A stretch of DNA of 64,000 nucleotides from Candidatus Latescibacterota bacterium (GTDB lineage: Bacteria > Latescibacterota > UBA2968 > UBA8231), in NCBI GenBank assembly GCA_965223905.1, contig CBDCXV010000001.1, positions 1,440,001-1,504,000 of the forward strand, written 5' to 3'. The notes beneath the pieces are model-generated. The model saw nothing but the letters and a program-made list of their open reading frames with translations, did not search any database and had not been told where the DNA came from. The position numbers and the translations under genes were made by a program. Of the stretch, positions 18,658 through 29,258 are shown piece by piece (within the stretch, counting starts at the first letter, position 1; every line of letters begins with the position of its first letter).

Positions 18658-19452
18658 ATGACCGACACGATCACCGAAACATTCACCGCTCACAAACCCG
18701 GCTTCGACCGCGACGGCTACGCGGTGGTGCCTGAGTTTCTCACCGGGGAGGAGTTCGCCGAGCTGCAGGAGAACCTCGACCGCTACATCCGCGACGTAGT
18801 GCCGACCCTGCCCGACTCGGACGCCTTCTACCAGGACCGCAGCCGGCCCGAGACCCTGAAGCAGATGCAGCACATGGGCAACGATCCGTTCTTCGCCGAA
18901 TACGCCAGGCATCCGCGCTGGATGAGGCTGGCCGAGGACCTGCTCGGAGAGCCGGCCGATGCCAAGGAGCCGGAGTGGTTCAACAAGCCGCCGAACACCC
19001 TGCATCCCACGCCTCCGCACCAGGACAACTACTACTTCAACCTGAAACCGGCCAACGCGGCGACCATCTGGCTGGCGCTGGACCCGGTCGACGAGGAGAA
19101 CGGCTGTCTGCGCTACGTCGCCGGGGCGCACAAGCGCGGCCTGCGACCGCACGCGGCGACCAGCGTGCTCGGATTCTCCCAGGGGATCTCCGACTTCGGG
19201 CCGGAGGACGAAGCGCGGGAGGTCGCCATCCGCTTGCGCCCCGGGGATGCCGCGGTGCACCACTGCGAGATCATCCACCGGGCCGACCCGAACAGGTCGG
19301 CGACGCGTTCCCGCCGGGCCTTCGCCATGGTGATGTACGGCGACAGCTGCCGCCTCGACGAGGAGGCCCACCAGCGCTACCTCGATTCGGCGCGCCGGCA
19401 GCACCAGTCGATGGGGCTGGAAGCTGGGAAGGTCCAGGGGGTGGAGGCGTGA
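18658..19452 (+). CDS. Phytanoyl-CoA dioxygenase (PhyH) family Fe(II)/2OG oxygenase
   Basis: FDRDGY, FNKPP...TPPHQDN.Y, IWLALD....NGCL..V.G.H, GD..HH...IHR...N.S...RR. Confidence 0.9.
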   Translation: MTDTITETFTAHKPGFDRDGYAVVPEFLTGEEFAELQENLDRYIRDVVPTLPDSDAFYQDRSRPETLKQMQHMGNDPFFAEYARHPRWMRLAEDLLGEPADAKEPEWFNKPPNTLHPTPPHQDNYYFNLKPANAATIWLALDPVDEENGCLRYVAGAHKRGLRPHAATSVLGFSQGISDFGPEDEAREVAIRLRPGDAAVHHCEIIHRADPNRSATRSRRAFAMVMYGDSCRLDEEAHQRYLDSARRQHQSMGLEAGKVQGVEA

Positions 19453-19710
19453 ATCGCTCCTCCCGGATCGGGAAAATCAGGCCATCCCAGGACCTGCCTG
19501 CCGCCCCTGTCGGACCCGGTGAGAGATGACAGGGAGGTTTCCCTGGGACGGGCAGAGCAGCCCGCGGTTTCGGGGATGCGGACCCGGTGATTTCCAGAAC
19601 GGAAAGACCGGCGTGCGCCGAGCCGGGCAAGGCGCCCCGGTTCCCTTGAGAAAACAATCCCTTGCACCGGGAAGCGCCCGGCGGGACGGGGGTCCTCGCT
19701 TCATTCACGG

Positions 19711-20934
19711 ATGAACTTCCTTCGCGGGTTTTCCCTGAACGGGATTTCTACCGGAATCGTCTTCTCCCTTGGAATGGTCAACCACTGGCTGTTGGCCAAC
19801 CACCTCGGCAAGGCAGGATACGGGCAGCTTGCCCTGTGGACCACCGCCGCGGTGATCGCCGCCACCCTGCTGGGGGAATGGCTGCGCCGCGGGACCACCT
19901 ACGTCGTGGGGCGGGAGGATGCAGGCGCCACGGCGCGCGACAACGCGCTGCTCTGTTTTCTGGCGCTGTTCGCCGCGTGCCTGGGGATTGCCTGGCTGGG
20001 GGCGGGGACCGCCTCCCGGTTTCTGGGGCCGCTGGCGCTCTCGTGGTGGCCGCTTCTGGCGGCGCTGCCGGCGCTCGTCGTCCTGCAGCGCGCCGGGCAG
20101 GCGGTGCTGCTGGGAATGGACCGCATCCGTCCGTACGCGGTGGTTCCGGTTGTCTTCATCGCCGCCTACCTCGGAGGCAACGCGGTGCTCCTGTCGGCGG
20201 GGGAGCTGAGCCTGCGGACCGCGCTCTTCTTTTACGCGGGCGCCGCGGGCCTGGCGGGCATGACCGCCTTTGCCGTGCTGGGAAGCGCCGGCGGCTTCAC
20301 CTGGGGCGACCGGCGGCTCCTGCGGCGGACGCTTGCCGTGGGAGGGCGGGGCGCCGTCTCGGTGGTGCTGGTCCTCCTGCTCCTGCGCGGGGATGTTTTC
20401 CTCATCGAGCACTTTCTCGGCGAGGCCTCGGTCGGCAGCTACCGCGTTGCCCTGAACTTCGCCGAGATGATGCAGCGGGTGCCCGACGTGGCCGGCGCCG
20501 TGCTGCTGGCCAAGGTGGTGCGCGGCGAGGACGGCCAGTTGAGCCTGCGGGTGGCCCGGGGCATATTGCTCTTTTCGCTGGCTGCCGCCCTGGGACTGCT
20601 TGTGGCGGGCAGGCCGCTGATCGGCTGGTTGTTCCCCTCCTATCCCGAAGCCTACCTGCCCCTTGCGTGGATGCTTCCGGGGCTCGTTTTCCTCGGACTC
20701 GGTTCTGTCTGCAACACCAAGCTTGCCGGGCAGGGGTATCCGGCGGTCACCCTGTGGGCGGGGGCCGCTGCCTTTCTCCTCAACATCGGTCTCGGCTTCT
20801 GGCTCATCCCCGGCTGGGGTCTCCTGGGCGCTGCCTGGTCGAAATCGATCGCCTACACGGCGTGGGCCCTCCTGGTCGGGGGGCGCTACCTGCGCGGCGA
20901 GGGAGTGGGCTGGGGTGCCTTCCTGCGCGGCTGA
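19711..20934 (+). CDS. wzx: Polysaccharide flippase (Wzx-like)
   Basis: About 12 hydrophobic segments, LG...YG, D.FLI..FLG...VG.Y, LIP.WG..GAA. Cluster context agrees. Confidence 0.75.
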   Translation: MNFLRGFSLNGISTGIVFSLGMVNHWLLANHLGKAGYGQLALWTTAAVIAATLLGEWLRRGTTYVVGREDAGATARDNALLCFLALFAACLGIAWLGAGTASRFLGPLALSWWPLLAALPALVVLQRAGQAVLLGMDRIRPYAVVPVVFIAAYLGGNAVLLSAGELSLRTALFFYAGAAGLAGMTAFAVLGSAGGFTWGDRRLLRRTLAVGGRGAVSVVLVLLLLRGDVFLIEHFLGEASVGSYRVALNFAEMMQRVPDVAGAVLLAKVVRGEDGQLSLRVARGILLFSLAAALGLLVAGRPLIGWLFPSYPEAYLPLAWMLPGLVFLGLGSVCNTKLAGQGYPAVTLWAGAAAFLLNIGLGFWLIPGWGLLGAAWSKSIAYTAWALLVGGRYLRGEGVGWGAFLRG

Positions 20935-20984
20935 TATTGCTGATGTATTGGATCACAACCACCCTGCGGGGCTGATTCGGAATC

Positions 20985-22448
20985 ATGAGTATCCTGGCTG
21001 AGAGAAACCTGAGCGACCTCTTCGACCGCCGCTGGTTTGCCGTCTTCCTGGCATTCCAGGCCGTGGTGGCAGCCGGCAGCATCTTCCTGACCGAGCTGCT
21101 GCCCTTCTTCCTGATCGGCTTGCTGGGCACTGTGCTCTACATCGCCGGGGCGCTGCTCAAGCCCTGGATCATCATCCCGCTCATAATCCTGACCTCCGGA
21201 CTGGACAGCACCGGACGGCTGTTGACCGAAGCGGGCAAGGTCAAGGGCGTCTTTCACCTGACTGGATTTCACCTGACTTTCGGGCTGCTGATCTTCGCAC
21301 TTGCAGCCCAGATCTGCCTGCAGAGACGCACCCGTTTTCCCGACTTCGAGATCAAGGCGCCCCTGATCCTGTTCCTGGGCTGTATCGCCGTGTCGCTGAC
21401 CTATTCGCCCAACCAGCCCGAGGCAACGGTCAGTTTCTTCCGGCTTTGCGCCCTGGGGTTTTTCGCCTACATGACCAAGGTCATCATCGACTCCAGGGGG
21501 GCGGTGTCGCTGGTGCTGTGGTCGATGGTCGTCTGCACCGTCGCCGGTGCGGTGATGGGAACCTACCAGGTCGTCACCGGCCAGTTCCACCTGCCGGTCA
21601 AGGTGATCACGGCGTTGGGCGGCAATGTTCCGAGGGCGACGGGAACATTCCACAACCCCAACATCTTCGCCATGTTCCTGATGAGCGGGATGCTGCCACT
21701 GCTGGCGGTTCTGCTCAACTTCCGCCTGCCTGTATGGCAGCGGCTGCTGTTCGCGCTGTCGGTCCTCATCGGCGTCGCCGGGCTGCTGGCCTCGTTCAGC
21801 CGTTCAAGCTGGGTGGCGACGATGCTGGGGGTGATGGTCATCCTCTGGCTGAGCGGCAAGCTGCGCTATCTGTTCATTCTGATGTTCGCGTCCGTTCTGC
21901 TGGTCCTGGGGCTGAAGCAGTTCGTTCCGTTTGCGGAGTACATCTTCGAGCGCTTCATATCCATCTTCACCCTGATCGATCAGTTCGGCTCGATCGGTCG
22001 AACCTCGAGCACGGCGCGCATCTTGCTGATCCTGGCCTCTCTGGACATGTTCTTCGACCATCCGATCATCGGTATCGGTTGGCGGGCTTTCCCCTATGTG
22101 TTTTCCCAGTACGCCCCCCCCGGGTATCCTCACTGGAGCCACGTCAACGAGGCCCACACGGTCGTCACCACGGTCCTGGGAGAGCTGGGCATCGTCGGTT
22201 TCGTTGTCTTTCTGTGGCTGATAGGGCGGACGTTCTTTTTGAGCCTGACACGCTTCCGGCAGATGCAGGACCCCTATTATCGCGCCGTGACGATCGGTCT
22301 GATCGCCACCTTCGTAGGTTTCCAGGTCAACCAGTCCTTCAACGGCGACCTGCCCAACAACATGTTCTGGTTCTGTATCGGAATGATGTTTGCCGTGCAT
22401 CACCTGGATGCCGATTCCCGTACGGAGCCGGATTCCGACCCGGCGTGA
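20985..22448 (+). CDS. O-antigen ligase / Wzy polymerase family membrane protein
   Basis: RATGTFHNPN, SFSRSSW, HPIIGIG, AHT....L.ELGIVG, many TM segments. Confidence 0.85.
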   Translation: MSILAERNLSDLFDRRWFAVFLAFQAVVAAGSIFLTELLPFFLIGLLGTVLYIAGALLKPWIIIPLIILTSGLDSTGRLLTEAGKVKGVFHLTGFHLTFGLLIFALAAQICLQRRTRFPDFEIKAPLILFLGCIAVSLTYSPNQPEATVSFFRLCALGFFAYMTKVIIDSRGAVSLVLWSMVVCTVAGAVMGTYQVVTGQFHLPVKVITALGGNVPRATGTFHNPNIFAMFLMSGMLPLLAVLLNFRLPVWQRLLFALSVLIGVAGLLASFSRSSWVATMLGVMVILWLSGKLRYLFILMFASVLLVLGLKQFVPFAEYIFERFISIFTLIDQFGSIGRTSSTARILLILASLDMFFDHPIIGIGWRAFPYVFSQYAPPGYPHWSHVNEAHTVVTTVLGELGIVGFVVFLWLIGRTFFLSLTRFRQMQDPYYRAVTIGLIATFVGFQVNQSFNGDLPNNMFWFCIGMMFAVHHLDADSRTEPDSDPA

Positions 22449-22556
22449 GGTCCCCGTCGCTTCGCGTCTTTCCCGGTTCGGCCGGTCCGAGCCGAAAGTC
22501 TTGCTCCCGGTAACAATCTTCGCAGCGCCCGAATTGGAAGAAGGCGAGGAGCAGAC

Positions 22557-23726
22557 GTGAAGGTCCTGGTCCTGTCCCACCTCTATCCCAACAGCTACGC
22601 CCCTGCGAGCGGAACCTTTGTCCACAACCAGTTGCGTTTCCTCAAGGAGCATTGCTCGCTCGAGGTGGCAGCACCCGTTCCCTGGTTTCCATTTCCCGGT
22701 TTCGGGCGCTGGAGCGCCTACCGGCGTGTCCCGCGCGTCGAGGTGGTGGACGGATTGCGGATATGTCATCCCCGGCGACTTGCGCTGCCGCGCCGCATCC
22801 TTTTCACCAGACAATGGCGTTATCATCTCGGCGCCCTGGAACGCTGCGATTTTGCCGTGCCTGATCTCGTGCACGCCCACTGCGCCTATCCGGACGGCCT
22901 CGCTGCCGTCGAATACGGAGCTCGTCACGGCAGGCCGGTAGTCGTCACCGTCCACGGTTTCGACGTCAAGGGACTTCCCAGTCTCGATCCCCGGTGGCGT
23001 CAGTTGACCATCGAAGCCCTGGAAAGAGCAGATGCCGTTATCGCCGTGAGCCGGGATCTCCGCAATGACGTCCTGGAGCTCGGGTTCAGCCCCGGAAAGG
23101 TGCGCTGGATTCCCAATGGCGTTGACTGCAGACTCTTTTCGAGAGCCGTTTCGCGGCGGTCCGGGGAAGGAGGCTGGCGCCTGCTCTACGTGGGGCGGTT
23201 CGTCGAGGAAAAGGGGTTGCGTGTCCTGCTGGAGGCGCTGGCGAAACTTCGCCGCCGGCGTTCCGATATTTCGCTTGCCCTGCTAGGGGGCCACCCGGCC
23301 ACCGGGACGTCCGAGCCGTTCCTGCCCCAGGTCGCGGCCCTGGGACTGTCGGATTGCGTGGAGTTCAGGGATGCGGTGCCCCCGGAGGAGATGCCGCGCC
23401 ACATGGCCGAGTCCGACCTCGTGGTCCTACCCAGTTTCTATGACAGCTTCGGTATCGTGCTGATCGAGGCGATGGCATGCGGCCTGCCGGTGGTGGCCAC
23501 GCGCTGCGGCGGACCGGAGGAGATGGTGGACGATTCGGTAGGGCGTTTGGTCGCAGTTGGAGACGCCGGGGACCTTGCCGAGGGCATTCTCGCGGTTATT
23601 GACGGGTACGAAGCCTACGACCAGGAGGCGATACGCCGGCGGGCAGAGGAGCGCTACGACTACCGGCGAGTGGCGGCACGGATCCACGCGCTCTACGAGA
23701 TGGTGCTGGAAGGAATGGAGAATTGA
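22557..23726 (+). CDS. Glycosyltransferase family 4
   Basis: VTVHG.D, IPNGVD, YVGR...KG, DSFGIVLIEAMACGLPVV. Confidence 0.9.
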   Translation: MKVLVLSHLYPNSYAPASGTFVHNQLRFLKEHCSLEVAAPVPWFPFPGFGRWSAYRRVPRVEVVDGLRICHPRRLALPRRILFTRQWRYHLGALERCDFAVPDLVHAHCAYPDGLAAVEYGARHGRPVVVTVHGFDVKGLPSLDPRWRQLTIEALERADAVIAVSRDLRNDVLELGFSPGKVRWIPNGVDCRLFSRAVSRRSGEGGWRLLYVGRFVEEKGLRVLLEALAKLRRRRSDISLALLGGHPATGTSEPFLPQVAALGLSDCVEFRDAVPPEEMPRHMAESDLVVLPSFYDSFGIVLIEAMACGLPVVATRCGGPEEMVDDSVGRLVAVGDAGDLAEGILAVIDGYEAYDQEAIRRRAEERYDYRRVAARIHALYEMVLEGMEN

Positions 23727-23763
23727 CCGTCGATCTCCATCGATCGACTCCTTAACGCACGAT

Positions 23764-24876
23764 CTACTGTAGGTTCAGGATGGTATCGTAGAGACGCAGC
23801 AGCTTCTCCGCCTGGGTGTCCCAGTTGTAGGTCGTCCGCGCCGCTTTCCGTCCGTTTTCACCCATCCGCCGTGCGGCCTTCGGATGTTCCCACAAATAGC
23901 GAATCGCCTCGGCCGCGGCGGGGCCGTTTTCGGGATCGACGCAGATTCCGCATTCGGCCCCTTCGACGATCCGGCGCAGGTTGGGGAAATCGGCGCAGAG
24001 GACAGGGATGCCGAAAGCCATGTACTCGAAGATTTTGGTCAGCTCCTTGCGCCGGGTGTGCCGGCTGGGGGGAAACAGGGCGAGGCCGGCGGTCCAGCAC
24101 TCGCGGAGATAGTACGAGACGATGCGCTGGTGGGGCACGTAGGCCCCACCCCCTTCGAGGTGGAGACGCTTCCGGTCGGCGCCGGCCTGCAGCTCGGCTG
24201 CCAACTGCGGATCGCAGCGGCCGACCAGGAACAGCTCGGCCTCGGGCAGATGCTGCAGAAGTTCAGCGTGGCGGTGCGCCCCGCGGTAGGGTTTGACGTT
24301 GCCGGTGTAGATAAGCCTTGGGTTCCCGGCTCGGGGACGAGCGAGCAGCCGGTCTTCGTCCAGCGCGGGGAACCGGGCGTAGTTGAGGACCGTCTCGCCT
24401 CGAGGGAAGCGCTCGGCGTAGTAGCGCTCGGCCAGGACGAGGTGGAAGTGGCGGCTGCTGCCTTCTTCCGCCCAGGCGAGGAGCCTGGCGGTCAGGGCCC
24501 GCAGGGAGGAGGGGAGGTATTCCCGTTCCTCGAGCGCGGTGCGGTTGTCCTCGTGGATGTCGTAGATCACGCGCCTGCCCAGAAGTCGCAATAGCAGGCC
24601 GGCTGGGATCAGCTCGGGGTCGTGGAAGTGATAGAGGTCGGCTCGTGTTGCCAGGGCTTTGAGGAGGGTGCGGCCGACTCCCAGGCTCATGCGCAGGATG
24701 CGGCTGTCGTAGCGGGGCAGGCTGCCTACCTGAATGCCGTCGACAGTGGAGTCGTTCCCCCCAGGGGCCAGGAGCGCGACCTCGTAGCCGGCCTCGGTCA
24801 GGGTTTTGCACTCGCGGTGGAAGACGCGGCTGTCGAAAGGGTCGTGGACGGTGGTCAAGTGAACTACGCTGGACAT
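23764..24876 (-). CDS. Glycosyltransferase family 4
   Basis: HLTTVH..FD.R.F..EC.TL, YHFHDPEL, YDIHE, KIFEYMA.G.PV. Confidence 0.88.
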   Translation of the reverse strand: MSSVVHLTTVHDPFDSRVFHRECKTLTEAGYEVALLAPGGNDSTVDGIQVGSLPRYDSRILRMSLGVGRTLLKALATRADLYHFHDPELIPAGLLLRLLGRRVIYDIHEDNRTALEEREYLPSSLRALTARLLAWAEEGSSRHFHLVLAERYYAERFPRGETVLNYARFPALDEDRLLARPRAGNPRLIYTGNVKPYRGAHRHAELLQHLPEAELFLVGRCDPQLAAELQAGADRKRLHLEGGGAYVPHQRIVSYYLRECWTAGLALFPPSRHTRRKELTKIFEYMAFGIPVLCADFPNLRRIVEGAECGICVDPENGPAAAEAIRYLWEHPKAARRMGENGRKAARTTYNWDTQAEKLLRLYDTILNLQ

Positions 24877-25034
24877 GGGATGTGCAGGAGCTTCCCGTTC
24901 AGTTCCCTGCCCCTGCCCCGAAACTCCCCGGACCATCCGCCGGGAACCCGAACGGTTGCGACTACTGCAACCGGGAAAGATAATAGGATGGATACCCTCC
25001 GACCTTGTTTTTTCCTCTCACTCCTGCAATCCGG

Positions 25035-26183
25035 ATGCTCGTAGTCGCTTTTTGGGCTTCTGTTTTTCTCGTCGCCCACACCTACCTGATCTACCCCATC
25101 TTGCTTTACCTCCTGACAGTGGGGCGCCGAACGCCGAGGTACGCCCCGCCGGAGGAGTTGCCCGGGGTGGCGATCATTATCGCCGCCTACAATGAAGAAG
25201 CCGTGCTGCGAGCCAAGCTGGAAAATACCCTGGCCATCGATTACCCTGCGGAAAAACTGGACGTCGTCGTGGTCTCGGACGCTTCCACCGACGGCACCGA
25301 CCGCATCGCCTCCGACTTCGCAGGACGCGGGGTGCGCCTTCACCGCATGCCTGGGCGCAGCGGCAAAACCGCGGCGCAGAACGCGGGCGTAGAGCTGGCG
25401 CGGGGGGCTTACCTGGTGTTTTCAGACGCCAACAGCATGTACGCTCCCGACGCCCTCAGGCAGCTCCTTGCCCCATTTGCCGACGCCGGGGTCGGGTGCG
25501 TCTGCGGCGAGCTGCAATACGTCAACCCGGGCGAGGGAGGAGCCGGCAAGGGCGAGGGGGTCTACTGGCGCTACGAGCAGTTCCTCAAGCTCAGGGAGAG
25601 CATGCTGAGCTCGGCCCTGGGGGCCAACGGGGCGATTTACGCGCTGAGGCGCGACTGCTTCGAGGTGCTGGGCAGCGAGATCATCAGCGACTTCATCGTG
25701 CCGGTCCGCATCTGGCGCCAGGGCTACCGGGTGGTGTACGCGCCGCTGGCAGTGGCCACTGAAGTCAGCACCGGCACCTTCGCCGACGAGTGCCGCCGCC
25801 GCCGCCGCATCGTCTCCCGCTCGCTGTTCGGTCTCTGGACCCAGCGCGGGGTGCTCAATCCGGCAGCTCATCTCCTTTTCGCCTTTCAGGTAGCGTCGCA
25901 CAAGCTGCTGCGCTGGCTGGTGCCGGTGTTTCTCCTGGCGGCACTCGCCCTGAATCTGCTTCTGGCTTGGGAAGAGGGAATCTATCGCGTCCTGCTGGCC
26001 CTGCAGGGTGGTTTTTACGGACTGGCGCTGCTGGGAATGGCGCTGCCGGAGCGGTTCGGGCGGACCTGGCTGTTCTACATCCCCGCCTATTTCTGCTCAA
26101 CCAACTGGGGGGCTTTGCTGGGGCTGCTGCACTTCCTGAGCGGCCGCCGCCACCGGGTCTGGCAGCCGGTCGGCAGGGGTTAG
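25035..26183 (+). CDS. Glycosyltransferase family 2 (CESA-like) with TM segments
   Basis: IIAAYNEE, SDASTDGT, GKT.AQN, FSDAN, YW.YE, GANGAIYA, HKLLRW. Confidence 0.9.
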   Translation: MLVVAFWASVFLVAHTYLIYPILLYLLTVGRRTPRYAPPEELPGVAIIIAAYNEEAVLRAKLENTLAIDYPAEKLDVVVVSDASTDGTDRIASDFAGRGVRLHRMPGRSGKTAAQNAGVELARGAYLVFSDANSMYAPDALRQLLAPFADAGVGCVCGELQYVNPGEGGAGKGEGVYWRYEQFLKLRESMLSSALGANGAIYALRRDCFEVLGSEIISDFIVPVRIWRQGYRVVYAPLAVATEVSTGTFADECRRRRRIVSRSLFGLWTQRGVLNPAAHLLFAFQVASHKLLRWLVPVFLLAALALNLLLAWEEGIYRVLLALQGGFYGLALLGMALPERFGRTWLFYIPAYFCSTNWGALLGLLHFLSGRRHRVWQPVGRG

Positions 26184-26241
26184 TCGCGCCCCAGCATGGC
26201 CTTGTCGCGGTCGACAGCGGTCGCAGACCCGGCGATCGGGC

Positions 26242-27438
26242 TCAGGTGATTTCCCGTTGCTCGTCCCGCCAGCGCTGCTGGATGACCCGGACATACACCA
26301 TCCCCAGCGTATAGCTGAGTGAGGCGAAGAGGCTGAGCACGCCGGTGATGAGGACGATGAGCAGCCGCTGCGGCCTGGCCTTGAGCTCCGGCGCGACCGC
26401 CGGATCGAGGACCTGCACCGTCGATGTCGTGTTCTTGGCCTCGATCAGCGCCTCGGCCTCCTGCTGCAGCAGGAGCTGGAGCAGTGCCTTCTGCACCAGG
26501 ACGTCCTTTTCCAAGGTCGCGAACTCCATGGCCACGCCCGGGATCTGCTTCAGCGGCAGAAAGAGGTTTTCGTCCAGCTCCAGCTGCAGCGTCTTGTTGC
26601 GGAGCAGGTTGGTGCCTCCGACATCGATCCCGTCACGTAACATGACCATCATCTCCTCCCGCAGCATGATCTCCTGCTGGAGCTTCTTCACCCTGTCGTG
26701 TCCGGCGTCGAGTCCGGAAAGAATCAGCCCCTTGCGGGCGATCTCCAGCTCCATGGCTTCGGTCTGCATCCTCGCCGCGGCCCGGATAACCGCGCGGGCC
26801 TGCTCCTCGATGGATATGGCGTTGTACTCTGATTGAAATTCCTCCAGCCGCTCCATCTTGTCCTCCAGCTTGCGGTCCTCTTCGTCCAGGAGCTGGCGGA
26901 TGAAGCCGAGGCGCTCGTGAGCGGTCTTCTGCGAGATCTGCTTGTTGGTTACGTCGAGCAGTTCGATGTAATGAGCCGCCATGTCGGCGGCCCTCTGCGG
27001 GTCCTGGTCCAGTACGGCAATCAGAATCGTGCCGTCTTCGGTTTTGTCGACCGTGGTCTTGGCGGCGAGAATCTCGATCGCATCGGTCATGGTTTCGGCT
27101 TCGTAGCGCTGCTGCAGGTCGTACTTCTCGACCATCTGTCGCCGTGTCATCTGGCTTGTCAGCGTGGCGATGAAGATGTCGGCCGGCGTGCCCTTTTCTC
27201 CCAGGCGCAACGTCGGGATCGGGAGCGCCGAAAGCAGGTCGGAAAAGCCGAACCCCTGCTTTTGCTCCTTGGGCGGAAGAATCTGCGCCGTCGCTTCGAA
27301 CTCCTCCGGCACCAGGAAGCTGAGCGCCCCGGCCAGGACGCACATGCCCAGGGTGCCGCCGAGAATCATTCTCCTGCCCGCGTGCAGAGCGGCCAGCAGG
27401 TCGAGGATATCGGCTTCCTTTTTTCCTTCTCTCTCCAT
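26242..27438 (-). CDS. Polysaccharide chain-length determinant (Wzz/GumC-like)
   Basis: Two TM helices flanking a coiled coil, C-terminal VLDPAVAPELKARP. No kinase domain. Confidence 0.8.
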   Translation of the reverse strand: MEREGKKEADILDLLAALHAGRRMILGGTLGMCVLAGALSFLVPEEFEATAQILPPKEQKQGFGFSDLLSALPIPTLRLGEKGTPADIFIATLTSQMTRRQMVEKYDLQQRYEAETMTDAIEILAAKTTVDKTEDGTILIAVLDQDPQRAADMAAHYIELLDVTNKQISQKTAHERLGFIRQLLDEEDRKLEDKMERLEEFQSEYNAISIEEQARAVIRAAARMQTEAMELEIARKGLILSGLDAGHDRVKKLQQEIMLREEMMVMLRDGIDVGGTNLLRNKTLQLELDENLFLPLKQIPGVAMEFATLEKDVLVQKALLQLLLQQEAEALIEAKNTTSTVQVLDPAVAPELKARPQRLLIVLITGVLSLFASLSYTLGMVYVRVIQQRWRDEQREIT

Positions 27439-27485
27439 TGGGCAGTGTTCCTTCTCCGTTAGGATATCCTGAGGCGCTACTGGGT

Positions 27486-29258
27486 TTATTGGAGAGACCG
27501 CACCACGATCACCAAGGTCAGGGTCTCGGCGAGGGTGCGCATGGTCGACTGGGTGAATTCCCAGTAATCGGTTCGCTCCTTCTGCGGCACCCAGATCTCG
27601 TCGCCGACCTCGACCGGCAGATCGTTTTTCAGCTTCTCGCGGAAATTCGTGCGCGCCCGGATGATCCGGGCCCCTCGCTTGTCGGCGTCGAAGGTGTATC
27701 CGCCGGACTTTGCCATGTAGTAGCCCACATCGTGCCCCGGCTCATAGTCGACCAGGCCTGGTTTCTTCACTTGGCCGCTGATGCTGATGGTGCGCCGTCG
27801 CTTGGGGACGTAGATCACGTCGCCGCTTTCGAGGGGGATGTTCTGCTCCTCGTCATCGTACATGAACAGTCGCTCGAAGTCGATCGCGGCCCGCCCTTTC
27901 TCCTCGCGAGCCTTGGTCTTGAGATAGGCCCGGTCTTCGTCGTCCATGTGAGCCAACCCGGACACTGCCCTCAGGCTCCGCAACCGCTGCAGCTCCGGGT
28001 CGAGCCGGGACCGCAGCTTGGAGCGAATCACCTTGGCGCCGATCAGCGAGGCGTCCTCGCTCAGACCGCCGGCCAGGGCCACCACGTCGCTGACCCGGGT
28101 GACCCCCGGGATGATGCGGTAGCGGCCCACGTACGCGACCTCGCCCAGGATCACCGACGTAGGCATCAGCTGCCATTGCGAACGCGCCCGGATAAAAACC
28201 ATGTCGTTGGGTTGCAGGACGAGGTGGCGAATATCATCATAGACGAATCCCCCCTTTCCGGGCTCGTTGCTGCCCAGCGGGATGACCTCGGTCTCCTCGG
28301 TTCCCTCCTTGAAGCGCCACAGCTCGGCCTTGACCAGGGGGGCGGCGCGCCTCAAGCCCTTGGCCAGCTTCACCAAGTCCTCAATCGTGTCCCCGGGACG
28401 GTACTCCTGCTGCCCTTCCCGGTTGACGGCGCCGAAAATGAACACCGCGGCGTCGCGGAACCCGACGTGGACCACGTCCCCCATACGCACGTAGGGGTTG
28501 TGCGCGATTTCGCCGGTGGAGAGAAACATGTCGAGATCGACGATTTCGACGGTGCCTTCTCGATGGGTCACCTTGATCGAGCGCCGTCCAGTCGCCCGCC
28601 TGACCATCCGGCGCACTCGGGTAACCTCCTTGCCGCCGACCTCGTCTCTGAAGGTGGTGCCGCGCAAATCGTCCAAAAAACCCCCGGCCAGCTCAATCAG
28701 GTCCGACATCCGCGTGGTCGGATGGATGGTTAAGCTGCCTTCCTGCAGCACGGCACCGGTGACATAGGCGGTGAAGAAGCGCATGCTCGCCAGGGTGAGG
28801 GTGATGTCGACGCCAGGGTACTTGCCTTGCGCCGCGGCGAGGATCCTTTTCTTGGCATCGGCCAGAACCTCGCCCGAGACTTCGAACGCGCCGACGGTGG
28901 GGATAAGGACATTGCCCACAGGATCGACTTGCAGCATGTAGGAAAGGTCGAACTCGCCCCAGATATAGAGCTGCAGCACGTCTCCGGGGCCGACGATATA
29001 GGTCGACGGGTCGATTTCCCGGTCCTGGCTGATACGCAGCTTCTCCACCTCCTCGCCGCTGGGCAGGCGGATTTTGCCGGAAACCAGGTCCTCTCCCGGC
29101 CCCGGCAGGTCGGCTCCGGGAATCTGCTGCAGCTCGGCTTCTTCCAGCTCGCCCTCCTCGACCAGCCTCTGCAGTTCCTCTTCGTCCTGAGTAAAACCAG
29201 GCCCTGCCGTGGCGTGGAGAATAAGGGCGAGAGCGAGTGCGAAAATCCGTATTGACAT
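27486..29258 (-). CDS. Polysaccharide export protein with multiple SLBB domains (Wza/KpsD-like)
   Basis: Signal peptide, YIVGPGD.L....WG, repeated V.G.V..PG/AGG and GD.I.VP motifs. Confidence 0.88.
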   Translation of the reverse strand: MSIRIFALALALILHATAGPGFTQDEEELQRLVEEGELEEAELQQIPGADLPGPGEDLVSGKIRLPSGEEVEKLRISQDREIDPSTYIVGPGDVLQLYIWGEFDLSYMLQVDPVGNVLIPTVGAFEVSGEVLADAKKRILAAAQGKYPGVDITLTLASMRFFTAYVTGAVLQEGSLTIHPTTRMSDLIELAGGFLDDLRGTTFRDEVGGKEVTRVRRMVRRATGRRSIKVTHREGTVEIVDLDMFLSTGEIAHNPYVRMGDVVHVGFRDAAVFIFGAVNREGQQEYRPGDTIEDLVKLAKGLRRAAPLVKAELWRFKEGTEETEVIPLGSNEPGKGGFVYDDIRHLVLQPNDMVFIRARSQWQLMPTSVILGEVAYVGRYRIIPGVTRVSDVVALAGGLSEDASLIGAKVIRSKLRSRLDPELQRLRSLRAVSGLAHMDDEDRAYLKTKAREEKGRAAIDFERLFMYDDEEQNIPLESGDVIYVPKRRRTISISGQVKKPGLVDYEPGHDVGYYMAKSGGYTFDADKRGARIIRARTNFREKLKNDLPVEVGDEIWVPQKERTDYWEFTQSTMRTLAETLTLVIVVRSLQ

